A stretch of 64,000 bases of DNA from Ruditapes philippinarum (lineage: Eukaryota): NCBI RefSeq assembly GCF_026571515.1, contig NW_026861391.1, forward strand, positions 372,001-436,000, read 5' to 3'. Numbering within the stretch: the stretch's first letter is position 1; every line of letters begins with the position of its first letter. The notes below the pieces were generated by a model. That model did no database searches. It had not been told where the DNA came from and worked only from the letters and a program-made list of their open reading frames with translations. Shown here piece by piece: positions 37,675 to 51,445 of the stretch. The translations under genes and the position numbers were made by a program.

Positions 37675-40494
37675 CAAGCATCTTTTGTAAGGAAGTAGCC
37701 ACGATATGCAAGGATAAAGTGTTGCTGTCATAAATAATGAACATAAATGATTTTTGATGCAACTCTTGTCATGCATAATTTCGTATACATGTATCAAACT
37801 CAAACTGTTATAGTAAAAAATCTAAACGCAGTCGCTGCGTCGAGGTGCCCTGTAAGATGAATTATAGTATATAGAATTAACGTATACAGGAAAATGCATA
37901 CATATATACAGTACGATTAAGATTTCAAAGATCAGAAAATATCACAGAGCTTGTAGACCTTTGATTACACCAACTATTGACACGACGTCCTTAAATCAAT
38001 ACAATAACAAGAACAAAGATCAGCAAGGTATAGGCAACGTTCACAGGACGCCGCCCCCGGACACTACCAAGCAGGACACCCAGAAGGCACCAAACAAGCA
38101 CCCGGAGTGGACACAAGGGCGAGACAAACATGCATTTGTGTTATATCTCTTTGACTCATAATTTATAACTCGTCAATCTCCGTAAAATTTACGAACATGT
38201 CAATAATCCCTTTAGATGGACCACAAAATCAAAGCGTTACTTACATTTTCTATGAGATATATTTGTTATTTGAATAAAAATACATCGATAGATATTTATG
38301 TTCTAAAGGTTTGATCCGACAATAAAATAGACCCAAACCCCAATCACCACTCCCACTTTAAAGAATGAAGAAGGGCTTGAAGAAGAACGACAAAAAAGGC
38401 TCTATTGAGAAGTAAATAATTTAACACTTTAATATATTTCTATGCGGTGTTGAAAACAAGTGTACCTTGTTTCTTATTGTGAATAAAAATATTTATAAAA
38501 CTTAAATAATTTTCTTGTAATTTTGTTTATGTTTAGCTCGCCTGAACACATATTTTTGTGAAATGATATTGGAGGGCTATATACAAATCTTAGAAGGAAA
38601 CAAAATAATAAGTTTACATTAATGTAAACAAATTGTGATTATTTATAGGTGGAAATTGAATGTTGTAACATGACCATATTGGTAAGATATTCAACCTTGT
38701 CCACATTGAAAAGGTGTTTATATTATTTTATCATCAATTTATAAATCCATGGGATCGCAAATAGTAAATATTAGGGAGACGAAGATTATGCAAAATCATC
38801 AGTTACAAAGAAATTTCTGAAAATACACCTAAAGCTCCAATTTCTAACAATTTCACAGAATATATTTCTTCAAAACAACTTAAGCTAAACCTAAACACTT
38901 TTCTTGGGAACCGTACTTCTCAAGACAATGATATAAAACAACCAGTGATCACTGATTAGTTAGAATATTTTCTCATCTCGTTGTCATTGAATGTCTCCAT
39001 CATCAGTTATAAATCAGACTGTAATACATGCATTATAGCAGAATCTTAGATATTCTGTGTGGAAGGCATTACAAGGCATTCATGGATACAAGGATACCAC
39101 ATTCCGTCATATTTTTAAACAGATACTAACAATAATTTGTATAAGTCATGCCTAAGTAACTCAAAACTCTTTCATAATTTTATTATGCATCGACTTACAA
39201 ATTAGAAACCAATTATTGACATGTTAGTAATCATGCTCCTGTCAAAGAAATATGTGAATATCTGCCATAGTAGCATTGTCCTGTGACGAATCTAAAGCAA
39301 TATAGAATTAATCGAACCCTTTAGAGGTGCTATTTGCACTAAACAATAATATCATTGTTCATCAACAAAACAAGGTTGACTGAACTGAAACACGGTACAA
39401 TATAAGATTTGGATCTGGAAAAGTGTACACTCTTCTTATCTCCCGGTACGACAATCAGAACACCACTAATATTCCAGTAAGACCATCAAACCTCTAGCCA
39501 AAACATACATTCAAAATGACATTAAAGTCTGTAGTTATAGAGTACAGAAATTATCATTTAAATAATAAATATTAAAATAAACAGGTGTTATAGTAAACGT
39601 ATTTACATAACTGTCTCCTACAAGTTTGTTTATAAATTTAATTCAGATATTATTCTTGATTGGTAGCTTGAAATTAGACAACAAGGTTTCATGATAAAAT
39701 ATCTGCAAATATTTTGGTTGATAGCATTTTTATAAAGTTTACAGGTTAATAATTTGAATGGGTTTCGATGATTTCAAGATCATTCCAGTATACAAAACAT
39801 TTAGTCTGTAAGAGTACTGCTTGATTATCAGCTTCGTTTGCAATTCAAACATCAATCGCATCTTTTTGGTCCGATTTTTCCGGTTTTCAAACATAACCAA
39901 ATCCGTAAAATTATGTCTCCCATTTTAAAGGTCTAACACTACTGTGGGTATCTTTCTGTCGACCAGGAAGCTAAGCTGGTTCAATACTTTATACATATTG
40001 CCATTTAAGTGACATATAGTGGGTGTCCTCTACATCAATGTGAGAAACATTTTGCTTCATATATACATGCTACATGAAAGCAAAAATGTACCAGTTCGAT
40101 AAGTGGACAATTTATCGCCATCTTTCTGCTGCGTGAAACGAGAATTATATATGTATAAATGTAACGTCTTCAATTTTTTCATCGATCAAAACCTTCATAT
40201 CTGATGCAGAGTAATTCTTTGACTGGTTTCAAAAACGCCCCATTGCAACATACATGTATAAAACATTTTAAAGGAGGATGTAAAACCCTGATGTTTACTT
40301 TTAGGCATACAATCGGGTTTTTGGCATTAAGCAGTTGCCAGTAAGCATTTTGCAGTTGACATTGCCAGATAACAGTAGGCTGTCGTTTATGGAATAATAT
40401 TCCGTAGTTTGAGGAATAATCGAGAACCTAGATCAATCGAGAATCTTAGTGTATATATTACTGCATCTCTGACATTCGATGAATAAAACGTTTC

Positions 40495-40636
40495 NNNNNN
40501 NNNNNNNNNNNNNNNNNNNNNNNNNNNNNNNNNNNNNNNNNNNNNNNNNNNNNNNNNNNNNNNNNNNNNNNNNNNNNNNNNNNNNNNNNNNNNNNNNNNN
40601 NNNNNNNNNNNNNNNNNNNNNNNNNNNNNNNNNNNN
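40495..40636. other. Assembly gap (142 N)
   Basis: Run of N. Confidence 1.
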
Positions 40637-43507
40637 ATCATATAAATTGTCAGTTTGTTTTGTTGTGTCTGCGTTCTCGTATAAAGGCATTGTACCCGCC
40701 AAGCGTTATTTACTTTCACACTGCGATTGTTTCCCTTTATACAATAATGTAGATAAAGGGCACAATTCGATTTAGCTAACTCCTTATGATACTGAAAGAA
40801 TATAGTTAAATGTAGGTAGGTAGGATTACTTGAAAGTACAAAAATTCTCTAACGTACAATTTATTATATAAAATAAACATCATTAGCGATGTAACCGGGA
40901 ACATTCTTCACTTTCAGACTTACAGAACATGTGGTTTATTACTTTTGATTTCTTTTATTTCCCTGTATTTTTAAATCGTTCTGCCATATTTGGAATAATA
41001 TTTTACATACTTAAATGTTCTTCTGAACTTGTATAAACAATCTTGTTGAATGAAACTAATCTATTACATAGACGTTTGGATATACATGTATAAGGTATAA
41101 AATATGCCTCATTAAATAAAAAAAAATAATTGACTAAACTCTATTTAGCCTTTTTAACATTATATTGAAAATGCACAGGCATAATACGGCACTGCGTTAA
41201 AAAAAGCATTTTTAGTAGAAAGGTTTACAATGCGATATTTTCCATTAATATTTCAATTATTGATAAAAACAATAGAAATGAATAATTTGGATATTCTTAT
41301 AAATTGTTGTTTGAAAAAAAATTGATAAGTTGTAAGTGATTTAGAATGAAAATGTAACTGGAGAATTATAAAATTTTGTTCTATTACACTTTTATTTCTG
41401 CCCTATAATTATATATAATATTAGATCAGGTATCTCACACTTGCCATGAATAATTCTGTCGTGGTGTGTTATAATTGTTATGTCAGATACTAAATACTTA
41501 CTTATTCATTGCATTACAGACCTTCCATTTCACTTTGAACATTTTAAGGGAAACCCAGTTTGCTTATAATGTTTCTGTTATCATTTTCTAAGGTCATGCA
41601 AAGTTTAAACAAATTCTATGATGTTGTTTTCATTCTGCTATAATTATGCATATATGTAACCCTACCACTTTTTGAAAATTTTGTCAAAAACAGATTTCAC
41701 AATTTAAAAGCTAGGCACATGAACATTTGACACCGGATAGCTAAGGTCTTCTCCAAAACTAGAAATATGGTTTATTTCCGATTATGTCGACACTTGTGTG
41801 AAAGGGGTTACCAAACTTTCCTAAATTGTCCTCAGTACAATATCATCACGTATGGTAAACACGGAGCTAACTCTGGTAAATTGCTCTGCCAAATTTAGTG
41901 TCAACAAATGTACAATGCTTATTATACATTTTTGTAAATTCTGCATCGTATATACAAAGGGAGTAATTCTATACTATGTATTTTTACAAAACGTGAAGTG
42001 AATGGTTTTTGTAAGAACGGTTATTGTGGTGGAGTTTCCCATGTAGCGGATTTAGCGTTGGAATGAACTGTTTCATCATGAAAGAAAAGCTATTGCCTCA
42101 TATTTCATAACCTTTAGGAAAGTTTAAAATTAACTTGATTAATTAATTAATGAGGAACAACAAAATCAATCGTTTATATTACGGGGCCGTCCAGGTTTGA
42201 TGATCATCCAGTTTTGTTGTCACTTACCATTATCATTATATATTAGCATGAATGAATAAAACAACAGCCAACTTGCTTTGAGAACGTTTATTTCAGCTGC
42301 CATGTTTATTAAATAAAAAATTACAAAAACAAAACATGTAAATAATAATCTTATCTATAAATTAATATGTATATAATGAAAGACATATGGTATCTTAAGA
42401 TAAATGTATACATATTACATAATGAACCCATTGTACATAGTCATATAAATTAACAATTAAATAAATATCAAATACTAGTCATTGAGCTGAAAGTTAACAC
42501 TAAATGCTTGAATGGAAGTGAACACTGTATGAACTGTGTCATCACAAAATATACGTACAGTAATTGAAATGACAATTTATTTCAATAAAACCTTCATCTT
42601 CAAGTATATGGTAAACAAGGGCATTTTGTTCACAGACGTAAAGTAGTATCACAGCAAAAAACGATTTAAATGTTTTCAATATGTTATAACATGACTTTTT
42701 CTTCGGCTGCGCAAACTTTTAAGCCTTAACCTAATGGAACCAAAAGTGTTGAGCCTTTGCCACCAGTACAAAGCTAGGCCAGGCTCTATACTGTTGACAG
42801 CTCATTCTTTTTGTATTTTGATATTGAAATCCCTTTAAATCTATAGTAACTTTTCAACTTTAACGCTCGACAAATCCATTTTAGAAATATAGAGCTCAAT
42901 CGTAAACGCATCCACTTCCTCAATTTAATAAGAACTTAATGTAAACACCTGTGCGAAATAAAATGTGGGCGGTAACTTGTGATATAAACTTTGATATATT
43001 AACACTAATCTATAATCTACGTAATCAATCTATAGGTCATGACCTTTTAAAAATGCGGAAGTTGAAATTGAACGATATACGATAAAGAGCAAAACCTGTT
43101 CTCTCGAAATAGATGTAATTCAAACATAATTCGTATATTTATCATTGTAAATGTTTTAGTCAATATTGATAATACAAACAAATGCTTCATAATTAGTATA
43201 ATTCTTATGTAATTAAAAAGTTAATTTTGGAGAAAATGATGATGAATTATGACCTTGTTTACCTCTGTAAAACCGTATCATTTGGCAGTGCAATTACAAA
43301 CGATGACAATAATTCATCGTATAAAATAGATGTAACAAACTTTCAATGCTGATTAGCAATAAAAATAGCAAAATATACATCAAGTATCTTATGTTTAACA
43401 CACATGCAATCAAGTACACAAACAAACACGACAAACAAAAACAAAATATAGGAAATGAATATCACAACACATCAACAACGTCATACACAGCATAGAACCA
43501 GATGTTC

Positions 43508-43557
43508 ATGTAAATGTAAATAAATAAATGAACAAATAAATAAATAAATAAATAAAA
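43508..43557 (-). promoter_or_regulatory. Candidate AU-rich element in the IL-17 #6 3' UTR
   Basis: Overlapping ATTTA pentamers on the minus strand, ~180 nt after the stop codon. Confidence 0.45.
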
Positions 43558-43732
43558 ATGATATGATTAATGTAATTGTGCTACCATTTGCCTAGACATC
43601 TAACAGAGGTCCTCAGTCATAACAGAGACATTGACTTTATATGATTGACTAGTCATCACTTAAATGCTTAGTTATTTTTTGTTCAAGTACATTGCATTGT
43701 TACTATATCTATCCTTCATATGAATTTTCACC

Positions 43733-44516
43733 CTAAACTTCCAAAGCTCTTTTGCAAGTACATCCAACTGGCACTTCTTCAATGCCTTTGAAATATCTGT
43801 AGTATTTAGCATTGCTTGGACATTCCCATTTTATGACTGGTACATATGTGTTAACAGTGGCACACCGTCCTTTACCACGTGCACTACCTCCAACAGAATG
43901 ACATCTATTACAAGAACACTTTGCTTTTGCCATTGTTCTAGGTTCCCTGTTTAAATCAACATCCATAACAACGTACCACGGACAAGTTGATGCTGACCCT
44001 AAATTCTTTTGTGTAACACGTCTGTGCCTTCTACATTTAGCTTGTCCATATAATCGACTTTGAAATTTGGTATATTTGTCCACCATAAAATAATCTCTAT
44101 GTTGGTATCCTTTTGTGTTTTCACGATACTCTTTAATAACATTGTAGGTCCATCGACCTAAATAAAAGTCATGGAATATTTGTCTACGAAGAGCTGTCCT
44201 ATTTTCCACAGAATGAACACAGTGTGCGTTAATGGAATAACTAAAATATATGTTAACGAGGAGCACTGTCAAAACCTGCAAAAAAGAGAAAAAGATAAGT
44301 AAAGAACAATATTGGGGTACTGTAGTTGAAATGTAATAAAATAGAGTTATTACGTCACATGGTTCATGATAAGAAGAAGACATTTGTAAATAATAAAAAA
44401 ACAACAATACATTCACTAAAGATAAACGATTATACTAGTTACTAGAATAGATATATTTAATATTATATGATGCTATTAATAAATGCACCTACTTGGTGTA
44501 ATGATAATCTATTCAT
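43733..44516 (-). CDS. IL17: IL-17-like cytokine #6 (exons 44516-44493 and 44275-43733)
   Basis: Exon 1 MNRLSLHQ|GTAGGT, acceptor TTTTTGCAG, phase 0 into VLTVLLVNIYFSYSINA-HC; ASTCPWY...D.DLNREP..MAKAKCSCNRC...VPVGCTC; minus-strand TATA at ~44612-44620. Confidence 0.92.
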
Positions 44517-45420
44517 CTTTTTCATTACTTTACAAAATATTGTTTAAGTTCTTTTATAGTGTTTTACTTGTTATGAGTACTTGAGCAATAAGTTCAACTT
44601 TAAAAGATAAATTTATATATATACCTTCAAGATAGTACGTTTAAATCCCAGATGCTAGGGGATTTTTTGTTCTTGTTATATTGAACACGTGAATGTCCGA
44701 AAAAAGCTCCTTACTCTTCTTCCGTTTAGTTCCGCTGTTCCGGTACTCGATTTCTTCCAATCACAATGCACACAACAGTTCGTTATCAACGTTTATGGAT
44801 AGATTCGCTTATAACACATTTAATAGGGTAGAGAAATTTTGAACTAACCCTATCAATACACACATCAGATTTTTCTGTACCTCTTAATCGGTTCACGTGA
44901 TTTCCTTTTCAGACTTAGTGTGTGTACATGATTGGCGCAGTGGATAAGAAGGGAATATTTCCATATCAAATCAATTTTAAAATCGACGATAAACATTAAA
45001 TATGTCAGTTTACAGTTTAATGTTTACAAGGTCATTGCTTTGTAAATATACGCACGCAGTAGGAAGAAAGTAAATTGTTCAATAGCGAATACTCTTTTAT
45101 CTTGTGCATATGTTGTTGATACGCCGTATTCTATGAATATCTAATAACATTTAAAACATTTCAGACTTAGCCAAACGTAATGCATATTTAACAACATTAG
45201 AGTTAAAAGGATTTATCTCTTTATCAAACCAGGTAACATGTACAGGTAGACTTCACGCCAGTGAAGTAGACTTTATATGGTTAAGCTATAAAAGAGATTC
45301 TAGTTGAACCAATTGATTGAAATAAAATCCTAAAAACTCGTGACTTTAAAAATGCCCAACCCGTACTTATAACTGTTTGTACAGAAATGCAAGAAAGTTA
45401 TTATGAAATTTTAACAATTT

Positions 45421-46183
45421 AAACAAGAGCTGTCGGTAGGACAGCAACGCTCGACTATTCTTAGTGCTTGATAGTAAAAAAAATGCTTGATAGAGTTACC
45501 TCCTCCTGTTTACAGGTTGGGGTCATGATGGTGAACAAGTGTGCAAAGTTTCAAAGCCATATGTCAATGGACTTTGAAAATATTTGAACTATTACAAAAA
45601 CTTTAACGTAAATTCTAAGTCGAAAAAGGGGCATAATTCTGTCAAAATGCTTGATAGAGTTACCTCCTCCTGTTTACAGGTTGGGGTCATGATGGTGAAC
45701 AAGTGTGCAAAGTTTCAAAGCCATATGTCAATGGACTTTGAAAATATTTGAACTATTACAAAAACTTTAACGTAAATTCTAAGTCGAAAAAGGGGCATAA
45801 TTCTGTCAAAATGCTTGATAGAGTTACCTCCTCCTGTTTACAGGTTGGGGTCATGATTTTGAACAAGTGTGCAAAGTTTCAAAGCCATATGTCAATGGAC
45901 TTTGAAAATATTTGAACTATTACAAAAACTTTAACGTAAATTCTAAGTCGAAAAAGGGGCATAATTCTGTCAAAATGCTTGATAGAGTTACCTCCTCCTG
46001 TCTACAAGTCGGGGTCATGATGGTGAACAAGTGTGCAAAGTTTCAAAGCCATATGTCTATGGACTTTGAAAATATTTGAACTATTACAAAAACTTTAACA
46101 TAAGTGGTTACGCCGACGCCGACGCCGACGCTCGGGTGACTGCAATAGCTCTACTTATTCTTATCGAATAGTCGAGCTAAAAA
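45421..46183 (-). mobile_element. Helentron-associated non-autonomous element (HINE/pearl-like) with internal 164-bp tandem repeats
   Basis: Sub-terminal IR GCTCGACTATTC (45449) / GAATAGTCGAGC (46166), terminal hairpin GCTGTC-ggtag-GACAGC, (GACGCC)n microsatellite, T-run ends, ~3.7 copies of a 164-bp unit (starts 45483, 45647, 45811, 45975). Confidence 0.8.
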
Positions 46184-46274
46184 GTATGCGAACGTTGCAT
46201 TCCTCAGATGATATTATCCCTTAAAGTGTTTTGCTAGACTATCCGTTAAGACTAAGGAGAGCTATCCTAGCCAC

Positions 46275-46515
46275 CAGAGCGACGGCGTAACAACTTATGA
46301 TTGCGTACCACTTCAAATATTTTCAAAGTCCATTGATATATGGCTTTGAAACTTTGCACACATTTTTACCATCATACCCCAACCTGTAGACAGGAGGAGG
46401 TAACTTTATCAAGAATTTTGACAGAATTATGTCCCTTTTTGACTTGACATTTACGTTAAAGTTTGCGTAACACCTCAGATATTTTCACATTCCATTGACA
46501 TCTGGCTTTGAAACA
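46275..46515 (+). repeat. Inverted, diverged partial copy of the 164-bp unit family
   Basis: TTCAAATATTTTCAAAGTCCAT...GGCTTTGAAACTTTGCAC...CAGGAGGAGGTAACT is the reverse complement of the unit. Confidence 0.88.
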
Positions 46516-46839
46516 AGTTATAAACAATTGAGCATAATAGGCCTCTCTCCAAGGCCTATAACTGTAACAGGGATTTGGAAAAAAAATTGGCCCTTTTGTG
46601 AATTTCCTTTTTTATTACATCTGACGGACCAAGTGGGAGACTCTATGATGGACAGTTCTTAAAGCCCTTTTGGACTGTATTGTCTTTATTTTGGTCTTTT
46701 GTGTTGCTTCATCGGGCCCTTGAAGATGATTTTCTTGCACTCTCTTACTTTAAGCCAATGAATACCTTTGTTATGGTCATTCGGTTTACTTTTATATATT
46801 TCTACATGATCATTTCTGTGTTTTACTTATTTCACCTTT

Positions 46840-47350
46840 TGTAACCATAACAACTGTTAGAATTTCCCTTGGCGGGAATTCATTTTATTTACAATGTCTC
46901 GTTTCAAAGGAACATGATGGGGCTAAGAGTGAGGTTTGGTGCACCATGAACCTGTTTAAACTCCACAGCAATGCTTATGCTGCTAACCGTTCAAAGGTGG
47001 TGTCCCCTGTGTTCCTCAGAAGTATGTCTTCGTTGTGTTATACTGTTTTGGTGACATTTTTGTTTGTGTCCCTTGTTGTTTTCTCGTCTACAAGTACCTT
47101 TTGCCCCTAGTTTTATTTCTCCCCCTTCCCTTCCTGAAATCTCGATGTACCCTTCCCCTGTGCCTTTTTACTTTGTGGGCCTATTATTAATCAATCAATT
47201 ATTCGTTTTCTCTAACTTCCTTGTCGGTTACTTTTATTTCAATTTAAGTATCATTGAAGCGATTATCATGTCCGTGCTCTGCCTCGCACCCTGTCCTATT
47301 TTTGTTTGAGGTCCTCCTAGGATCATTGCCACTGGTCCCTGTTGCTGGGT
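46840..47350 (+). repeat. Interspersed repeat, homologous to 28750-29215
   Basis: Shared blocks as listed for 28750-29215. Confidence 0.7.
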
Positions 47351-48109
47351 CATGTGGAGGTTGTTTATCATATATTAGAAAATTTTACATTATCAAGGAT
47401 CTTTTACTGTCAAACACTATGAATAGTCGAAAGTGCCATCCTTCCGACAACTCTTGTTATAATTAGTATTAACAAATGTTGTTCATTTCTAATTTACTGG
47501 CCAGAGATAAATTTAATGTTATGGGAAAGACGATTTGCTAAAAGTAAATAATCGAGAAGTACAACTCAAAATAAAACATAAGTGTTCAAATCCACGTCAG
47601 CGGAGCTACTTTTCAATCAATGGAAAGTAAAGCAGAACTAACTAGGAAGTTGGTAAGATATAATCAACAATTCATATGACTTTGAACTATTTTTGAATAT
47701 TCTTAGCGTGTGGTATATAACATTAATAATATTACAGTTAATCAGGCGGAAGACATATCCCATGGGAAAGCAGGTCAGAGAAATATTGAAAAGGTAGTAG
47801 ATAAAGCAGATAACATCACAAGAAAAACACAATGTGTGAGATTATATATAAGAGATATATGCCGAAAGCAAAAAAAGATCATTTGGAAGCAAACGGCTTG
47901 TTTGCTTACACACATGTTTATATATCAGCGTGTACTTCATCTTTAATTTTCTTCCTTAGTTTTGTTGGGTTGTAAATCATACCAATTATGTGATGGTCAA
48001 ATAGCGACTTTCAAGCTTTTAAATGCTGTAAGAAGATCGCAATTGGAAACCATTACTGATAGAGCATGAAAATCCCGCTTGTTTGGTACTAAAACGTTTA
48101 ACAGGTGAT

Positions 48110-48515
48110 CAGATATAGACAATATGGATTTTCTCACGTGTTATATCTGAACCATTCACATTTAGATCCTATTTACCTTTTTGCAGAAGATGGGGCTATG
48201 GAGAAAATATGGATCAATCTTTTTATCATAAAGGCACACATGAAAATATTGATATTAATGAAAACACCTCTCTATTTTATTTGCTTGGTTCACCCTTACT
48301 TAAAACGCAAAATCAACTGAAATGGCTGTGATAATGATAATATTCTGATGAAAGGGAGTCATGATATAAATAATAAACGTAGCGGAAAACAAAGTAAGGG
48401 TTTCTTTCTTCCCCAGGACCGTGCCCCTGTTCACATGCCTTCAATTGCTCTATTGCCATGGTTGCCATCGATCGTGGAATTAAACTGATAGAGCATGTGC
48501 CTTATCTTTATCTAT
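48110..48515 (+). mobile_element. Highly decayed mariner transposase fragments
   Basis: 48376-48510 reads KRSGKQSKGFFLPQDRAPVH...AMVAIDRGIKLIEHVPY, matching the mariner KRxGKLxKGVLxxQDNAPxH...GFELxxHPPY pattern. Confidence 0.6.
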
Positions 48516-49263
48516 TACCTTGATTGTAAAACCGATACTTTCGATACTCTCTCGCAATTAGGTGAGGACGTCACAAATACAGTGATAACTCTCTGAAGGC
48601 CAATAATATGGCTTCTTTAAAAGTTGTCTTCAGGCCCCTTAACATCACCGGCAAAGATGCAAAGATCGTTGAAAAATAAAAGTCAAATCCCTGCATATGA
48701 GAATGAAAATTTCTAATCAGCCATCGAACACCAATCATTGTAAAAAGAGAACAAAGAAAAAAAATGATAGTCATATTCTATGTCGGAACTGTTAAGAATC
48801 TTATCATTTCAAATGATTCTGTATATGCTAGTTAAAGGAAGATACGTACTACAGACGTTTGGAACATTTACAAGTCAGTCTACATAAGAAAATATCTCCT
48901 CCATGAAACTTCGCTATGTGTACTTTGAATAAATAAATGAACTAAACACATTTTAATAAAATCAATTTACAACATTACTATGAACTCAACTTTATTGTAC
49001 TAGTACTGATTTAAACAAGATGCCTTATCATTAAAACGTTTTAAACTATACATTTTTGTTTCTTTCAAAGATATATTTAATCATTCAATGTTCTCAAAGT
49101 ACATCTTAAATACTAGTACTTGCTTCACTGTCCTTTTTTAAATGCGATTATTATTCAGAAATGAATACCGCTTAAACTGGTGCCATTGAACGTTAGAAAA
49201 GTTTCATTTTCATTTATTTCTAGTGAGACAACGTGTCCTATTTTCTAATATCTTTTTGTTTTC

Positions 49264-49284
49264 ATTGCGCAAGGGGGATCTTCC
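49264..49284. promoter_or_regulatory. Candidate C/EBP + NF-kB composite element
   Basis: ATTGCGCAAG (49264-73) directly followed by GGGATCTTCC (49275-84; full GGGRNNYYCC match). Confidence 0.4.
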
Positions 49285-51334
49285 TGTTTTTAAAATTTAT
49301 CATATTTTAGTAATAGTGCAAAACTTGCAATAAGGATCTGGCTTGGTAAAAGGTTCAGTTCTTTAAATAGCTTATCTATGGAGCACATTTATTTTTCAGG
49401 ATGTTCATGAAAAAATATAATACACGCAACACGTCAGATTGCACATGTCAAAATATTTAGTCTGTCAGACCTTACGTCAAACAGTGTTAATCAATAGAAA
49501 CGCACGCTTACTATTTGCTTTACAATGTTACTATTTATAGCCCGTATAGAGTATTATCATTTAATTTATTTTTATAGTAACATATAAGCATGTTGCGTAA
49601 TGGAATAATTTAAACATGCTAGAATTTGATAAAGGTCATGTAGATACACATTTGCTCAGTAAATATACCACTCAAGAATATGCAAATAATGCACTTTTAG
49701 TGTGCCGATGTAAATTATCTGATTTATACTTGAAAAAGGAAGTACTTGTTTTAAACATTATTTAGTAAGCAAACATTTCAAGACGGGTTTCGACAAATCA
49801 GTTTATTTTTATAAACAGATCAAATATATATAGCAATATATAGAAATCATACGGTAGGCTCTTGTGATTTTTATTCGTTTTTGTATATTGGTGCATGAGC
49901 TTTAACAATTATCCAATTTATTAATTCTTCTTAACTGACTACTTGATTTAAACCTGTCATTTCGTCTTAATCGTGGATTTTCTTTTGTTACATAAAAAAT
50001 GAATACACTTGCTTAATTTATTAACATTTTTACCACAAATTGCTTATTGCACACTTGTTAAATATGCTTATATACAGCTCAGATTATTTTGTATTAATTT
50101 GTATCGTATGTTAATTTTCGCCGGTAATATTGTTTCCGGCATTCTATGTTTTCTTCAAAATAAAAAATGTGATAAACGGGGAAGACTTTCTAATGGGAGT
50201 ATCATGTTGACTATCCTTAGAAATAACAAACATATTTGTATAAATTTCTAAAATAGGATAACATTTAGTCATAGAAATACCATTTTTGAAAAGCGATTGG
50301 ACATCCGTTTAAGGTAAACTTTCATACAACTATTAAACAAACGCTTCACAAGGAAAAAGAAAATATCTTAGCTGTTTAACATCACATTCGTCTCCTTGTT
50401 GAGTTCTTAAAATTATTTCATTCTATTCCTCATTAAGTTTCCTTGATACGTCTTTGGTATGCATCATTCACTTATTTTAGTAACTTCTGTAACCAAGTCT
50501 ATAGTAAGGAAACAGGTAGAGGGTCTAGCTCCACATGTGTGAATATATTTATAAAGCAGTGACTGTTAGGATATTGAAATTTTATATCTAGTTGCAGAAA
50601 ATTCGACCGACTTTACCGATGTATCAATGAACACCCAAATCAGACGATATTTCAGAGGTAACATGTAAGAAATGTTCATATATATTTAATGAATGGTACC
50701 CAGAATTTATTTGCGTAAAATAAAGCCATTTACATGAGTATTATGGCGTAACAATGCTCTAACGTGTTTATTGTATTTTCATTTGAACACCTTTGAAGTA
50801 AAATTGATTGCACTACTTTCAATACAAATTGGAAAAAAGTAAGCCAGGTAATTACGTACGGGTGAAAGGTTGTAACTTTTCAAACAAATTAAGCGATAGT
50901 ATTCACCAACGTAGTTTAAAGTGCTATTAGGCGGGGTTGTACAGGGTTGCACTGATTAAAAATCAAGGCAGTTATAGAATAATTTACTTCCGTATACATA
51001 AAGTTTAATTCGTGTGGTCATGTTAGAATCTAATGCAAACAAATGATTTAAATTTGCTTTATACAAACACATTCTATTTATTCAGTCAGTGATAAAAAAA
51101 CAAATAACTGTTGGTATTTCAAATAGTACTTGAGATATTTTTGTTACACCTGCTTTTTTTAGCAATTCATTTCTGTTCTGATGAAAACTGCGAAATAAAA
51201 GATATATATGGTATATGGTAGATGGTATATATTTAACGATATTTATATTAGCCGCCCTTAGACACTTCAAACGGGCCAATATCTGAAAAAAACATTATCC
51301 CTCGGAAGGAAGCATAAAATCAGCAAAGTTACAT

Positions 51335-51445
51335 GAAAATTGCAGACTCGGTTTGATTGAGTCTGTTCACGAACGATAATGAAAACGTGCAACATCCCTC
51401 ACACGTCCCTATCACCGGCTTCATCGGTACTCAACATTTTTAACA
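51335..51445 (-). repeat. Multi-hairpin dispersed element, copy D (diverged)
   Basis: TTGCAGACTCGGTTTGATTGAGTCTGTTCACGAACG...GTGCAA...TATCACCGGCTT. Confidence 0.7.

Noticed and set aside
38760-39530. Stretch with somewhat coding-like composition
   Set aside because: Stops in the frames I read and no motif I can recognise; possibly a decayed transposon.
40387-40775. ORFs spanning the N run
   Set aside because: Artefacts of the assembly gap.
50275-50304. Minus-strand MSNRFSKM|GTATTT resembling a ninth first exon
   Set aside because: No downstream IL-17 exon or CPW/GCxC remnant was found by eye; likely chance. A TBLASTN for pseudogene remnants would settle it.
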